Shown: positions 29,596 through 40,603 of the stretch, one piece after another
Position numbering within the stretch: position 1 is the stretch's first letter
Layout: every line of letters begins with the position of its first letter
Assembly: GCA_021792975.1 (NCBI GenBank)
Contig: JAJYTR010000002.1
Span: 29,703-93,702, forward strand
Source of the DNA: Pseudomonadota bacterium
Lineage (GTDB): Bacteria > Pseudomonadota > Gammaproteobacteria > Xanthomonadales > Rhodanobacteraceae
DNA length: 64,000 bases
Reading direction: 5' to 3'
The notes under the pieces: model-generated
Seen by the model: the letters and a program-made list of their open reading frames with translations, nothing else
What the model was told of the DNA's origin: nothing
Database searches by the model: none
Translations under genes and position numbers: made by a program

Positions 29596-30269
29596 CGGGG
29601 CACGCGACGCGGGACGCGGCGGTGCTGTTCGATCTGGACGGCACGCTGCTGGACAGCGCGCCCGATCTGGCCGCCGCGCTGGCGCGCTACACCCGTGCGC
29701 AGGGGGTGCCGATGCCGGCCTATGCACGGGTGCGTGCGGCGGTCAGTGCCGGCGGCAGCGCCATCCTGCGCACCGCCTGGCCGGATGCGCCGCCCGCGCG
29801 CATCGCCGCACTGCTGCCGGGCTATCTCGAGATCTACGCCGGCATGCTGGCCGAGCACTCGCGGCTGTTCCCCGGCATCGAGCCGCTGCTGCGCGCGCTC
29901 GAGACCGCCCGGCGGCCCTGGGGCATCGTCACCGACAAGGTCACCGCGCTGACGCGACCGCTGCTGCTGCGCCTGCCCGCACTGCAGCGGGCCGGCGTGG
30001 TGGTGTGCGGCGATACGCTGCCGCACCGCAAGCCCGCCCCCGAGCCGCTGCTGTACGCCTGCGAACGGCTCGGTGCGGCGCCGGCGCGCAGTGTGTATGT
30101 CGGCGACGACCACCGCGACATCGATGCCGCGCGCGCGGCGGGCATGCGCAGCATCGCCGTAGGCTGGGGCTACGGCGGTGACGGCGAGGATCCCGCGGCC
30201 TGGGCGGCGGACGCACTGGTGCACGATGCCGCAGCCCTGGCCCGGGCGCTGGACCTCGCGCATGGATGA
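29592..30269 (+). CDS. gph: HAD phosphatase (phosphoglycolate phosphatase/MupP-like)
   Basis: [25 protein letters not shown]; follows ubiG. Confidence 0.8.
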   Translation: MTGHATRDAAVLFDLDGTLLDSAPDLAAALARYTRAQGVPMPAYARVRAAVSAGGSAILRTAWPDAPPARIAALLPGYLEIYAGMLAEHSRLFPGIEPLLRALETARRPWGIVTDKVTALTRPLLLRLPALQRAGVVVCGDTLPHRKPAPEPLLYACERLGAAPARSVYVGDDHRDIDAARAAGMRSIAVGWGYGGDGEDPAAWAADALVHDAAALARALDLAHG

Positions 30270-31104
30270 GACGGCCGGCAGCTTCGTGCAGGCGTGGCGG
30301 CAGGCACGGCCGCTGCGCGGCCTGGCGCTGCGTTTCCTGCCGGCGCACGAGCTCGCCGTGCCCTGCTGGCTGGCGCTGCAGGACCAGCTGCTGCAGTCCC
30401 TGTACGGCATCGGGGCGCCCCAGGTGGCACTGGCCAAGCTGGCCTGGTGGGCCGAGGAACTGGCACGGTTGGCAGGCGGGGGGGCGCGGCACCCGCTCGC
30501 CATCGCGCTGTCCGCCGACGCGCGTATCGCACGCGTGCCGGCCGCATTGTGGCCCCAGGCCGGCACCGCGCTGCTGGCTGCGGCGGAAGCTCCGGCCAGC
30601 CGCGATTTCACCGCCCAGTGCGAGGAGGCCGAATCGGTGTTCGCCGCCCTGGCCGGCATCGAATGCGCGCTGGTGTTCGGTGCGCGGGCCGATGCGACGC
30701 GTACGCGCGCCGTGCTGGCGCGGCAGGCGCTGCTGTGCGCGCTGCTGCAGACCCCGCAGCGCGGCGCAGGCGGGCCGCTGCCGCTGCCGCTGGGCGCGCT
30801 GGCGCGGCATGCGCTTTCGCGCGAGCGCCTGGCGGATGCCGGCGCCGGGGCCCGCGTGGCCCTGGCCGAGCATGGCGGGCTGCTGGCGCAGTCCCTGCGT
30901 CAGTCGCTGCGCCAGCCCGGTCCGCTGCTGGCCCTGCGCGCCGCCGAAGCGGCCCACGATATCCGTGCGCTGCGCCGCGCCGCGCGCGCCGAACGGCCGC
31001 TGGCGGTACTGTATGCACGGCGGCAGGCACTGGGGCCGGTCGACGCTTGGCGCTGCTGGCGGCTGCAGCGCGCGGTATCGCGCGCCGGTGCGGGCGGGCC
31101 TTGA
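30262..31104 (+). CDS. Squalene/phytoene synthase-like protein (degenerate)
   Basis: VALAKLAWWAEEL...HPL motif and position after ubiG-gph; no DDxxD motif. Confidence 0.65.
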   Translation: MDETAGSFVQAWRQARPLRGLALRFLPAHELAVPCWLALQDQLLQSLYGIGAPQVALAKLAWWAEELARLAGGGARHPLAIALSADARIARVPAALWPQAGTALLAAAEAPASRDFTAQCEEAESVFAALAGIECALVFGARADATRTRAVLARQALLCALLQTPQRGAGGPLPLPLGALARHALSRERLADAGAGARVALAEHGGLLAQSLRQSLRQPGPLLALRAAEAAHDIRALRRAARAERPLAVLYARRQALGPVDAWRCWRLQRAVSRAGAGGP

Positions 31105-31167
31105 CGCCGGTTCGACCGCGCCCCACCTGACGTCCATGGTCCCGCATGACCGACCCCGAGGATTCCG

Positions 31168-32130
31168 ATGGCCTTCGACCACCCCGCGACGCGCGCCATG
31201 CCCGACGTCGCCGGCGAGCCGACCCCGGCGGTCGGCAGCCGCCTGGAGCGCGTGGGCATGCAGCAGGTCGAGGCGCTGCTGCGGCTGGTTCTCGCCGACG
31301 GCAGCGTGCGCGAAGTACCGGCGCGCGTGGACGCGTTCGTCGACCTGGCTGCCCCAGAGGCGCGCGGCATCCACATGTCGCGCCTGTACCGGCAGGTGGA
31401 CGCACTGCTGTCCGCGGAACCGCTCGGCCCGGCCGCGCTGCAGCGTCTGCTGCGGGGCTTCCTGGCTTCGCACGAGGGGCTCTCGCAGCGTGCCTTCGTG
31501 CGCGTGCACTGCGAGCTGCCGCTGCGACGGCGCGCGCTGGTCAGTTCCAACAGCGGCATCCGCCACTATCCGCTGGCGCTGGCGGGCAGCTGCACGCGCG
31601 GCGGCGCGATGCGCCTGGAACTGGGCCTGTCCCTGACTTATTCCTCCACCTGCCCCTGCTCGGCGGCGCTGGCGCGGCAGCTGGTGCAGCAGCGTTTCGC
31701 GCGCGATTTCCCCGCCGCCGTGCCGGACCGGGCCGCCGTGCACGCCTGGCTGGGCAGCGAGCAGGGGATCGCAGCCACGCCGCACAGCCAGCGCAGCCGC
31801 GCCGATCTGCGCCTGCGGCTGCAGGCCGGCGTGGACGCCTGGCCCATCGAGACGCTCATCGATCGCGGCGAGCGCGCGTTGGGCACGCCGGTGCAGACCG
31901 CGGTGAAACGCGAGGACGAGCAGGCCTTCGCGCACCTCAACGGCGGCAACCTGATGTTCTGCGAGGACGCCGCGCGACGCCTGCGGCAGATGCTCGCGGC
32001 CCAGCCCGGCATCGACGATTTCTGGCTGCGCGTGGCGCATTTCGAGAGCCTGCATCCGCATGACGCAGTGGCGGTGGCCTGCAAGGGCGTGCCCGGCGGC
32101 TACGATGCGGACGTGCAGCCGCTGACCTGA
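31168..32130 (+). CDS. folE2: GTP cyclohydrolase I type 2
   Basis: RGIHMSRLY, YSSTCPCS, ATPHSQRS, QTAVKREDE, FCEDAAR, ESLHPHDA. Confidence 0.95.
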   Translation: MAFDHPATRAMPDVAGEPTPAVGSRLERVGMQQVEALLRLVLADGSVREVPARVDAFVDLAAPEARGIHMSRLYRQVDALLSAEPLGPAALQRLLRGFLASHEGLSQRAFVRVHCELPLRRRALVSSNSGIRHYPLALAGSCTRGGAMRLELGLSLTYSSTCPCSAALARQLVQQRFARDFPAAVPDRAAVHAWLGSEQGIAATPHSQRSRADLRLRLQAGVDAWPIETLIDRGERALGTPVQTAVKREDEQAFAHLNGGNLMFCEDAARRLRQMLAAQPGIDDFWLRVAHFESLHPHDAVAVACKGVPGGYDADVQPLT

Positions 32131-32739
32131 TCAGGCCGCCGGTACCGGAATCCGCACCTGCACCACGCCGGGATCCCCGGCCACCGGCGTGAGACTCCCG
32201 TCGTGACCGCGTGCCAGCGCCAGCATGGCCTGGTTGTCGCCGGCGACGTGGCTCCACAGCTCGTTCAGATCGTTGGCGCGAGCGAATGCCAGCAACTGCT
32301 GCAGCAGCCGCCGGCCCAGACCGCGGCCGGCGTGGCTGCGTTCGACCAGCAGCGCGAACTCGGCGCTCCGGCAGACCGGATCGGCGAACATGCGGCCGAC
32401 GCCGTGCAGTTCGCCCGCACCGGCCGCGGCGCTGCCGGCGATGACCCAGGCCTGTTCGTGCACTCCGTCCGGCGTGCACAGCCGCAGCGCCGCGCCTGGC
32501 GGCAACTCGCGCACGCTGTAGAGGAAGCGGCGGCGGATCTCGACGGGGGTCAGCCGGGCGAACAGGCGCTGCAGTGCCGCCTCGTCACGCGCGCCGATCG
32601 GGCGCAGCCACAGTCCCGCGTGCACGCCGCCCAGCGCACGGGCGGCGGCATCGGTCACGGTGGCGCTGCGGGCGAAGCGCTGCGCCGCGTGCGGTGGCGG
32701 ACGCGCGTGACGGGAGGCCGGTGGCTGCACTCGTTCCAT
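32131..32739 (-). CDS. GNAT protein resembling the stand-alone acetyltransferase domain of Pat/YfiQ lysine acetyltransferases
   Basis: LRPI...D...LQRLF..L....RRRF, AEFALLV...AGRGLGRRLL, DNQAMLALAR; start uncertain. Confidence 0.75.
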   Translation of the reverse strand: MERVQPPASRHARPPPHAAQRFARSATVTDAAARALGGVHAGLWLRPIGARDEAALQRLFARLTPVEIRRRFLYSVRELPPGAALRLCTPDGVHEQAWVIAGSAAAGAGELHGVGRMFADPVCRSAEFALLVERSHAGRGLGRRLLQQLLAFARANDLNELWSHVAGDNQAMLALARGHDGSLTPVAGDPGVVQVRIPVPAA

Positions 32740-32747
32740 GATTCGGA

Positions 32748-32763
32748 TTGTGCGACGCAACAA
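32748..32763. promoter_or_regulatory. PhaR-like box
   Basis: TTGTGCGACGCAACAA (TGC-N3-GCA core in an AT-rich patch) just upstream of the GNAT gene. Confidence 0.4.
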
Positions 32764-32865
32764 AACATTTGTATACGCCCGCGTACGGGCAGGTTGTCGC
32801 GGGTTTACGCGCCGCCAAATCCGGCGAGGGACGGCCGCTGCGCGACGCTGTGCGATCATGCGCCG

Positions 32866-33462
32866 ATGCCGGCCGCGCCGCGACTGATCCTGGCTTCCCG
32901 CTCGCCGCGGCGGCGCGAACTGCTGGCGCGGCTGGGTTGCCGCTTCGAGATCGTCGATCCCGAGGTGGCGGAAGTGCGTGCCCCCGGCGAGACGGCCGTC
33001 GACTATGTGCAGCGCGTGGCTGCGGCCAAGGCCGAGGCGGGATGGATCGTGCTGGGCGCGGACGCCGCGCTGCGGGTGCTGGGCGCCGATACCGAGGTGG
33101 TGCTGCGGGGCGAGGTGTTCGGCATGCCCGCCGATGCCGCAGCCGCGCGCGCCATGCTGCGGCGCCTGTCCGGGCGCGAGCACGAGGTGCTTTCGGCGGT
33201 ATGCCTGCGCGGCGCAACCGGGGCCCGCACCGCGCTGGTGACCAGCACGGTGCGGTTCGAACGGATCGACGACGCGCTGCTGGAAGCGTACGTCGCCAGC
33301 GGCGAGCCGTTCGGCAAGGCCGGCGGCTATGCCATCCAGGGCTACGCCGAGCGCTTCGTCATGCGGCTGTGCGGCAGCTATTCAGGTGTGATGGGGCTGC
33401 CGCTGGCGGCGACGGCGCGGCTGCTGGAGGAATCCGGCCTGCGCCTGCCGCCGCCGGCCTGA
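32866..33462 (+). CDS. maf: Maf/YhdE nucleotide pyrophosphatase
   Basis: LILASRSPRRRELL, GADTEV, GKAGGYAIQG, SYSGVMGLP. Confidence 0.93.
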   Translation: MPAAPRLILASRSPRRRELLARLGCRFEIVDPEVAEVRAPGETAVDYVQRVAAAKAEAGWIVLGADAALRVLGADTEVVLRGEVFGMPADAAAARAMLRRLSGREHEVLSAVCLRGATGARTALVTSTVRFERIDDALLEAYVASGEPFGKAGGYAIQGYAERFVMRLCGSYSGVMGLPLAATARLLEESGLRLPPPA

Positions 33463-33577
33463 GCGCGGGCTGTGCGACGGTGCGCGGATGTGCTGCGCCG
33501 CGCATGACAGCCGCCGCGGGTGGCGGCTATAAAGCCGGCATGGATGCAGCAGGCGACCGGCATCGCGCGAGGTGGGC

Positions 33578-35059
33578 GTGAGCGAGGAAATCCTGATCAA
33601 CGTCACCCCGCGCGAGACGCGCGTGGCCGTGGTCGAGAACGGCATGCTGCAGGAGGTGCACCTGGAGCGCGCCTCGCGGCGCGGCAACGTCGGACACATC
33701 TACAAGGGACGGGTGTCGCGGGTGATGCCGGGCATGCAGGCGGCATTCGTCGAGATCGGGCTGGAACGCACCGCGTTCCTGCATGCCTCGGACATCGTGC
33801 GCGCACCACTGGCCGAGGGCGCCGAACCGGCGACGGGCAACGGCCACGCCATGCCGCCCATCGGCGAACTGCTGCGCGAGGGTCAGGAGATCGTGGTGCA
33901 GGTGGTCAAGGACGCCATCGGCAGCAAGGGCGCGCGCGTGTCGGCGCATCTGTCCATTCCGTCGCGCTACCTGGTGCTGCTGCCGCAGGCGCCCGGCACG
34001 CTGGGTGTATCGGCGCGCATCGAGGACGAGGTCGAGCGCGCGCGCCTGCGCGAGATGCTGGCGCGGCTGAACGGCAGCAGCGTTCCCGGCTACATCGTGC
34101 GCACCAACGCCGAGGGTGCCGGCGAGGCGGCGCTGGCCTTCGACCTCGCCTACCTGGGCAAGGTCTGGCGCGTGGTGCAGGAGAACATCGCCCGCGCGGC
34201 CACCGGCGAACGTGTCTACGAGGAGCTGTCACTGCCGTTGCGCGCGCTGCGCGACCTGATGCACGAGGACATCGAAAAAGTGCGCGTGGACTCGCGCGAA
34301 ACGTACGAGCGGCTGGTGAGGTTCGTCGGCAAGTTCATGCCGGAGCTGGCCGGTCGCGTCGAGCTGTACACCGGCGAGCGCCCCATCTTCGACCTGTTCG
34401 GCGTCGAGGACGAGATGCAGCGCGCGCTGGAGAAAACCGTACCGCTGAAATCCGGCGGCTACCTGGTGATCGACCAGACCGAAGCAATGACCACCATCGA
34501 CGTCAACACCGGCGGCTACCTGGGCGCGCGCAACCTCGAGGACACCGCGTTCCGCACCAACCTCGAGGCCGCGCAGGCGGCGGCGCGGCAGCTGCGCCTG
34601 CGCAACCTGGGAGGCATCATCATCATCGACTTCATCGACATGCAGGACGCCGAGCACCGCCGCCAGGTGCTGCGCCAGCTGGAGAAGTCGCTCGCCGGCG
34701 ACTACGCCAAGACCACCGTGTACGAGATGAGCCCGCTGGGGCTGGTGGAGATGACGCGCAAGCGCACCACCGAGTCGCTGGCGCGGCAATTGTGCGAACC
34801 CTGCCCGGCCTGCGCCGGGCGCGGCGTGCTGAAGACCGCGGAGACGGTCACCTACGAGATCTTCCGCGAGATCACCCGTGCCGTGCGCCAGTTCGAGGCG
34901 CAGCAGCTGCTGGTGCTGGCCGCGCCGCGGGTGGTGCAGCGCATCCTGGAGGAGGAAACCGCGGCGGTGGCCGAGCTGGAGCAGTTCACGCGCAAGAGCA
35001 TCCGCTTCCAGCCCGAGGAGCACTACACCCAGGAGCAGTTCGATGTCGTGCTGCTGTGA
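33578..35059 (+). CDS. rng: Ribonuclease G
   Basis: EILINVTPRETRVA, VMPGMQAAFV, DQTEAMTTIDVNTG, LRNLGGIIIIDFIDM. Confidence 0.96.
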   Translation: MSEEILINVTPRETRVAVVENGMLQEVHLERASRRGNVGHIYKGRVSRVMPGMQAAFVEIGLERTAFLHASDIVRAPLAEGAEPATGNGHAMPPIGELLREGQEIVVQVVKDAIGSKGARVSAHLSIPSRYLVLLPQAPGTLGVSARIEDEVERARLREMLARLNGSSVPGYIVRTNAEGAGEAALAFDLAYLGKVWRVVQENIARAATGERVYEELSLPLRALRDLMHEDIEKVRVDSRETYERLVRFVGKFMPELAGRVELYTGERPIFDLFGVEDEMQRALEKTVPLKSGGYLVIDQTEAMTTIDVNTGGYLGARNLEDTAFRTNLEAAQAAARQLRLRNLGGIIIIDFIDMQDAEHRRQVLRQLEKSLAGDYAKTTVYEMSPLGLVEMTRKRTTESLARQLCEPCPACAGRGVLKTAETVTYEIFREITRAVRQFEAQQLLVLAAPRVVQRILEEETAAVAELEQFTRKSIRFQPEEHYTQEQFDVVLL

Positions 35060-35068
35060 GTGCGGCCG

Positions 35069-38000
35069 ATGGCGCTGAAGCCGCACCCCCGGCGCGCGTT
35101 GCGGCGGCTGCGTTTCTGGCTGGGCGCGCTGCTGGCCGGCGTGATCATCGCGCTGGCCGCGGCGATGGCGCTGGGACAGATCCTGCTGCCGCTGGCGGCG
35201 CGTGATCCGCAGCGCGTGGCCGCGCTGCTGTCGCGCGAGCTGGGCCGGCCGGTGTCCTTCGCCCGCATGCAGGGCGTGTGGCGGCCGGGCGGACCGGAGC
35301 TGACGCTCACCGATCTGACCCTGGGCGCACGCGCCGGCGGGCGTGCGCTGCATCTGGCGCAGGCGCGCCTGCGTTTCAGCTTCGGCCGGCTGTTCTGGCC
35401 CGACCGGCACTGGATCGAGCTGTCGGCCAGCGGCCTGGACCTGGCCATCCGCCGGGATGCCGGCGGGCGCTGGCACATCGCCGGGTTCGGCGGCGCCGGC
35501 CCGGGCGCGGGCCAGGGCCTGTATTCGCTGCCGGTGGATCTCAAGCTCACCGGCCTGGACATCGAGATCCAGCCGGGACCGGCGCAGCCGCGCTACCGCC
35601 TGCGGGCCGACGCGGTGCTGATCTCCGACCGCGACGATGCCCTGCGATTCGGCGCCTACCTGCGGCGTGCTGGCATGCGCCGCGACCTGCGTGTGGCCGG
35701 CCGCTTCCGTGCCGACGGCAGTGACGGCACGCTGTACCTGTCGCTGCCGCGCTCCGATCTCGGCCTGCTGGCACGCGATGTGCTGGCCGGCGGCTATGCG
35801 CTGACCCGCGGCGAGGGCAGCGTGCAGGCGTGGCTGCACTGGCGCGACGGCCGGCTGCAGTCGCTGCGGGCCGGCGTGGATCTCGACGACCTGGCACTGA
35901 GCGGGCCGGATGGCCGCGCTGCGCAGTTGCGGCGGCTGGCCGGCACGCTCGCAGCCTGGCACGAGGGTGCGCAGTGGCGCCTGGCGTGGAGCCAGGATCC
36001 CGCGGCGCGCGGCGAGGCGCCGGGCCGGGCCTGGGCGGTGCTGGCGCGGCGGCCGGGCGGGCTGTGGCTGCGCGCGCAGGCGCAGGCGCTGGAGCTGACG
36101 CCGCTGGCGCCGCTGGCCGGCCTGCTGCCGCAGGCGCCGCCGGCGCTGTCGCGGTGGCTGGGTATGGCCGCGCTGCACGGGCGCATCGAGCATGCCGACC
36201 TGCGCTGGTACGGCGCCGGCGCCTACAGTTTCGTGGCCGCGGTGCGGCGGCTGGGCTGGGCGCCCAGCGCGCGGCTGCCCGGCATCGACAGTCTCGATTT
36301 CACCGCGTTGGGCGATCACGGTGCGATCGCGCTGCAGTTGCCGCGCCAGCCGCTGGTTTTCCGCGACCCGCACGTGTTCCGCACGCCGCTGGCGCTGGAC
36401 GCGCTCTCCGCTACGCTGGTGGCGCGCCCGGTGCCGCGGGGCTGGCAGGTGGGCATCGGCGCGCTGGAGTTCGCGGCGCCGCACTATGCCGGCAGCGTCG
36501 GCGGCAGCGTGCTGCTGCTTCCCGGCCAGCCGCGCCCGGTGCTGGATCTGTACGCGGCGGTGACGCGCGCCGATCTGACCGCCGCGAAGCTGTTCTGGCC
36601 GATCAACATCCTGCATCCCAGGGTGGTGGAATGGCTCGACCGCGCACTGGTCTCCGGCACGGTGCGCGACGGCCGCGTGGTGTTCCGCGGCGACCTGCGC
36701 GACTGGCCTTTCCGCGACGACCAGGGCGAATTCCAGGCGCTGGCGCGCTTCGACGACGCCAGCCTCGCGTTCAATCCGCACTGGCCCGCCGCCACCGGAG
36801 TGGAAGGCACGGCGCTGTTCGAGAACACCGGGCTGACCGTGCGTGCCCACGCCGGACAGATGCTGGGGGTCCCGGTGCACAGCGCGGTGGCGCGCATCAG
36901 CGACCTCGGCAATGCCGAACTGGTGCTGGCCGCCGCCGGCGAGGACGCGGCAGCGCCGCTGCTGGCATGGGTGCGTCAGACGCCCATCAGCGACGCCTTC
37001 CGCGAGGCGATCCGGCCGCTGGCGGTCAGCGGCCGTGCCGGCTGGAGCTTCACCCTGGTGCTGCCGGTCAAGGACGTGCATGCATTCGTCCTCGATGGTC
37101 GGGGCGCGCTGCACAACGTCGGCGTCAGGGCGCCGGACTGGAAGCTCGAGGTCTCCGGCATCGATGGCACGCTGCACTTCGGTCGTGGCGGCATCCGCGC
37201 GGCGGGGCTCAGCGCCCGCTTCCGCGGCACACCGGGCACGCTGGCGCTGGCCGCGGGTGCCGACACCGGGCAGCCGCAGCGGTTGTTCCAGGCCAGCCTG
37301 CAGGGCACGTTCGCGGCCGCACCGCTGCTGGCCGATGTGCCCGCGCTGGCGCCCTGGGTGCCGCGCCTGAGCGGTCGCGCGCCGATGACGCTCGGCATCG
37401 AGGTGGACCGCGGCAGCGGTGCGCAGCCGGCCACGCGCACCCTGAGCGTGCAGTCCGATCTGGCCGGCATGCGTGTCGATCTGCCGGCGCCTCTGGACAA
37501 GCCGGCCGCGCAGGCACTGCCGCTGACGCTGCACATCGGCCTGCCGTTTGCCGGAGGCACGCTCGAAGGCCGCCTGGGCGGCAGCGGTACGCCTCTGCTG
37601 AGTGTGCGTGGACGGCTGCCCGACGGGCCGGCCGGGCGCGCGCTGGCGCTCGGCCTCGGACTGAGTGATGCGCCGCCGCCGCCGCCGCCGGCCGGAGCCG
37701 CCGGGGGGCTGGCACTGGCCGGCAGCACGCCCAGGCTGGATGTTTCCGGCTGGGCCACGATCGGCGCGGGCAACAACAGTACGGGTGCACGCTGGCCGCT
37801 ATCGGGCAGCGTGGAGACCGGCGAGGGGCTGCTGTTCGGACGCGCGTTCAAGAACCTGCATCTGACGCTGGCCAGCGACGCGCAGGGGCTCGAAGTGGCC
37901 GCTGCCGCACCGGCACTGGCGGGCACCGTGCGCCTGCCGCCGGACTTCCGCCGCGCAGGCATCAGCGCCCGGCTGCAACGGCTGTACTGGCCGGCCGAAG

Positions 38001-38905
38001 GGGGCAGCACCCAGTCCGGCACACCCGCGGCACCGGCGCCGATGACGACGGTGGATCCGGCCGCGCTGCCGCCCCTGCATCTGACGGTGGACGATTTCCA
38101 TCTCGGCGCCGCACAGTTCGGTGCCGCCCAGTTCGAGAGCGTGCCGATCGCCGACGGCATGCGCATCGAGCGGCTCAGCTCGCACTCGCCCAACGTCAGC
38201 ATGAGCGCACAGGGCACCTGGACCGGCAACGCGCAGCGCAACCACACGCGGATGGTGATCGACTTCCGTGCCGCCGATCTCGGCCGCATGCTCGAGGCGC
38301 TGGGCTACCAGAATCTGGTGGCCGGCGGGCGCACCGTCGCGCATATCGACGCCAGCTGGCCGGGCGCGCCTTCGGCGTTCGCACTGGATGCGCTGGACGG
38401 CACGCTCAGCCTCGACGTTTCCGGCGGGCGCATCCTGGAGGTCAAGCCCGGCGCCGGGCGCCTGCTGGGGCTGTTCTCGATCACCGAGCTGCCGCGGCGG
38501 CTGGTTTTCGATTTCGGCGACGTGTTCCGCAAGGGTTTCGCATTCGATTCGATCAAGGGCCATTTCACGCTGGGCGACGGCAGCGCGGTGACGCACGACC
38601 TCGAGATCCGCGGCCCCGCCGCGGACATCAAGGTCGACGGGCGCACCGGCCTGCGCGCGCACGACTACGACCAGACCGTCAGCGTGTATCCCAAGGTGGG
38701 CAGCACGCTGCCGGTGATCGGCGCGGTGGCCGGCGGCCCGGTGGGCGCGGCGGCGGGGCTGGCGCTGCAGGGCCTGCTGGGCTCCGGGCTCTCGCAGGCC
38801 AGCGGCACCACGTACAAGGTCACCGGCAGCTGGGACAAGCCGGTGGTCGTCAAGCTCGACCAGGACCGGGCACGGCCCGCGCGCGCGTCCTCGTCGCGGG
38901 GCTGA
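35069..38905 (+). CDS. yhdP: YhdP (AsmA-like phospholipid transporter)
   Basis: ~1280 aa, single N-terminal TM, C-terminal AsmA_2 (GRLLGLFSI..LPRRL..DF.D.F.KGFAFD); located between rng and tldD. Confidence 0.9.
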   Translation: MALKPHPRRALRRLRFWLGALLAGVIIALAAAMALGQILLPLAARDPQRVAALLSRELGRPVSFARMQGVWRPGGPELTLTDLTLGARAGGRALHLAQARLRFSFGRLFWPDRHWIELSASGLDLAIRRDAGGRWHIAGFGGAGPGAGQGLYSLPVDLKLTGLDIEIQPGPAQPRYRLRADAVLISDRDDALRFGAYLRRAGMRRDLRVAGRFRADGSDGTLYLSLPRSDLGLLARDVLAGGYALTRGEGSVQAWLHWRDGRLQSLRAGVDLDDLALSGPDGRAAQLRRLAGTLAAWHEGAQWRLAWSQDPAARGEAPGRAWAVLARRPGGLWLRAQAQALELTPLAPLAGLLPQAPPALSRWLGMAALHGRIEHADLRWYGAGAYSFVAAVRRLGWAPSARLPGIDSLDFTALGDHGAIALQLPRQPLVFRDPHVFRTPLALDALSATLVARPVPRGWQVGIGALEFAAPHYAGSVGGSVLLLPGQPRPVLDLYAAVTRADLTAAKLFWPINILHPRVVEWLDRALVSGTVRDGRVVFRGDLRDWPFRDDQGEFQALARFDDASLAFNPHWPAATGVEGTALFENTGLTVRAHAGQMLGVPVHSAVARISDLGNAELVLAAAGEDAAAPLLAWVRQTPISDAFREAIRPLAVSGRAGWSFTLVLPVKDVHAFVLDGRGALHNVGVRAPDWKLEVSGIDGTLHFGRGGIRAAGLSARFRGTPGTLALAAGADTGQPQRLFQASLQGTFAAAPLLADVPALAPWVPRLSGRAPMTLGIEVDRGSGAQPATRTLSVQSDLAGMRVDLPAPLDKPAAQALPLTLHIGLPFAGGTLEGRLGGSGTPLLSVRGRLPDGPAGRALALGLGLSDAPPPPPPAGAAGGLALAGSTPRLDVSGWATIGAGNNSTGARWPLSGSVETGEGLLFGRAFKNLHLTLASDAQGLEVAAAAPALAGTVRLPPDFRRAGISARLQRLYWPAEGGSTQSGTPAAPAPMTTVDPAALPPLHLTVDDFHLGAAQFGAAQFESVPIADGMRIERLSSHSPNVSMSAQGTWTGNAQRNHTRMVIDFRAADLGRMLEALGYQNLVAGGRTVAHIDASWPGAPSAFALDALDGTLSLDVSGGRILEVKPGAGRLLGLFSITELPRRLVFDFGDVFRKGFAFDSIKGHFTLGDGSAVTHDLEIRGPAADIKVDGRTGLRAHDYDQTVSVYPKVGSTLPVIGAVAGGPVGAAAGLALQGLLGSGLSQASGTTYKVTGSWDKPVVVKLDQDRARPARASSSRG

Positions 38906-38986
38906 GAACCCCACGGGGACTTGCGCGTCGCGGCTGGCGTCCCTACGTTGCGGGTTCCATTCCCACCGGCGCCCGTGCGCAGCTCC

Positions 38987-40426
38987 ATGGATCCGATCTT
39001 CGCTCTGGCCGAACAGCGCCTGCTGGCACCGGGTGCACTGGACGCTGCTTCCCTCGAGCGCGTGTTCGCGCGGCTGACGGGGCCGCAGGTGGACGCCGCC
39101 GACCTGTACTTCCAGCACTCGCGCAGCGAGAGCTGGATGCTGGAGGACGGCATCGTCAAGGACGGCCAGCACAGCATCGAGCAAGGCGTGGGCGTACGCG
39201 CCATCAGCGGCGAGAAGACCGGCTTCGCCTACTCCGACGATATCGTGCTGCCGCAACTGCTGGCCGCGGCCGAGGCCGCGCGGGCCATCGCGCGCAGTGG
39301 CGGAGGCGCGGGCATGCCGCTGGCACTGTGCGCGCCGCGCCGGCTGTATCCGGCCATCGATCCGATCGAAAGCATCGACACCGAACGCAAGCTGGTCGTG
39401 CTGCGCGAGCTGGACGCCTATTGCCGTGCGCGGGATCCGCGCATCAAGCAGGTGATCGTCAGCATCGCCGCCGGGCTCGATACCATCCTGATCGCCGCCA
39501 GCGACGGCACCCTGGCCGCCGATGTGCGCCCGCTGGTGCGGCTCAACGTGCAGGTGATCGCCGAGTCCGGCGGCCGCCGCGAGCAGGGCTATGCCGGCGG
39601 CGGCGGGCGGCATTCGCTGCAAGACCTGCTGGCCGGCGAGCGTCCGCGCCGGCTGGCCGACGAAGCCGTGCGCAGCGCGCTGGTCAACCTCGAGGCCGTC
39701 CCGGCGCCGGCCGGCAGCATGACCGTGGTGCTGGGTCCGGGCTGGCCGGGAGTGATGCTGCACGAGGCGGTGGGCCACGGCCTGGAAGGTGACTTCAACC
39801 GCAAGGGCACTTCGGCCTTCAGCGCCCGCATGGGCCAGCGCGTGGCGGCCAAAGGCGTCACCGTGGTCGACGACGGCACGCTGCCGGGACGGCGCGGTTC
39901 GCTGAGCGTGGACGACGAAGGCACCCCCACGCATTGCACGACCCTGATCGAGGACGGCGTGCTGGTCGGCTACATGCAGGACAAGCTCAACGCGCGCCTG
40001 ATGGGCATGACACCCACCGGCAACGGCCGCCGCGAATCCTTCGCACACCTGCCGATGCCGCGCATGACCAACACCTACATGCGCGCCGGCCCGCACAGCC
40101 GCGAGGAGATCATCCGCTCGGTGAAGAAGGGCCTGTACGCGGCCAACTTCGGCGGCGGCCAGGTGGACATCACCAGCGGCAAGTTCGTGTTCTCGGCCAG
40201 CGAGGCCTACCTGATCGAGGACGGTCGCATCACCGCGCCGGTCAAGGGCGCCACGCTGATCGGCAACGGCCCCGAAGCGATGACGCGCATCGACATGATC
40301 GGCGACGACCTGGCGCTGGACGAGGGCGTGGGCGTGTGCGGCAAGGACGGCCAGAGCGTGCCGGTGGGGGTGGGTCAGCCGACGCTGCGCATCGTAGGCA
40401 TGACGGTGGGCGGAACCGCCGGTTGA
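38987..40426 (+). CDS. tldD: Metalloprotease TldD
   Basis: [43 protein letters not shown]. Confidence 0.96.
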   Translation: MDPIFALAEQRLLAPGALDAASLERVFARLTGPQVDAADLYFQHSRSESWMLEDGIVKDGQHSIEQGVGVRAISGEKTGFAYSDDIVLPQLLAAAEAARAIARSGGGAGMPLALCAPRRLYPAIDPIESIDTERKLVVLRELDAYCRARDPRIKQVIVSIAAGLDTILIAASDGTLAADVRPLVRLNVQVIAESGGRREQGYAGGGGRHSLQDLLAGERPRRLADEAVRSALVNLEAVPAPAGSMTVVLGPGWPGVMLHEAVGHGLEGDFNRKGTSAFSARMGQRVAAKGVTVVDDGTLPGRRGSLSVDDEGTPTHCTTLIEDGVLVGYMQDKLNARLMGMTPTGNGRRESFAHLPMPRMTNTYMRAGPHSREEIIRSVKKGLYAANFGGGQVDITSGKFVFSASEAYLIEDGRITAPVKGATLIGNGPEAMTRIDMIGDDLALDEGVGVCGKDGQSVPVGVGQPTLRIVGMTVGGTAG

Positions 40427-40603
40427 ACCGGTCCGGCGCAGCGATTGCGTTTTCGTAAGCAATGCGCTCGTCAGTTGGCAGCAACGTGCAGGAACCAGTC
40501 CGGGCCCGTCCCGGTCTGTGCAGGATCGCCGCGGTCCGGCAGCGACTGCGATTGCGCCGGCTGCGCCCCGGAGTTACCGCCCTACCAGCCAAAGGATGGA
40601 CCG

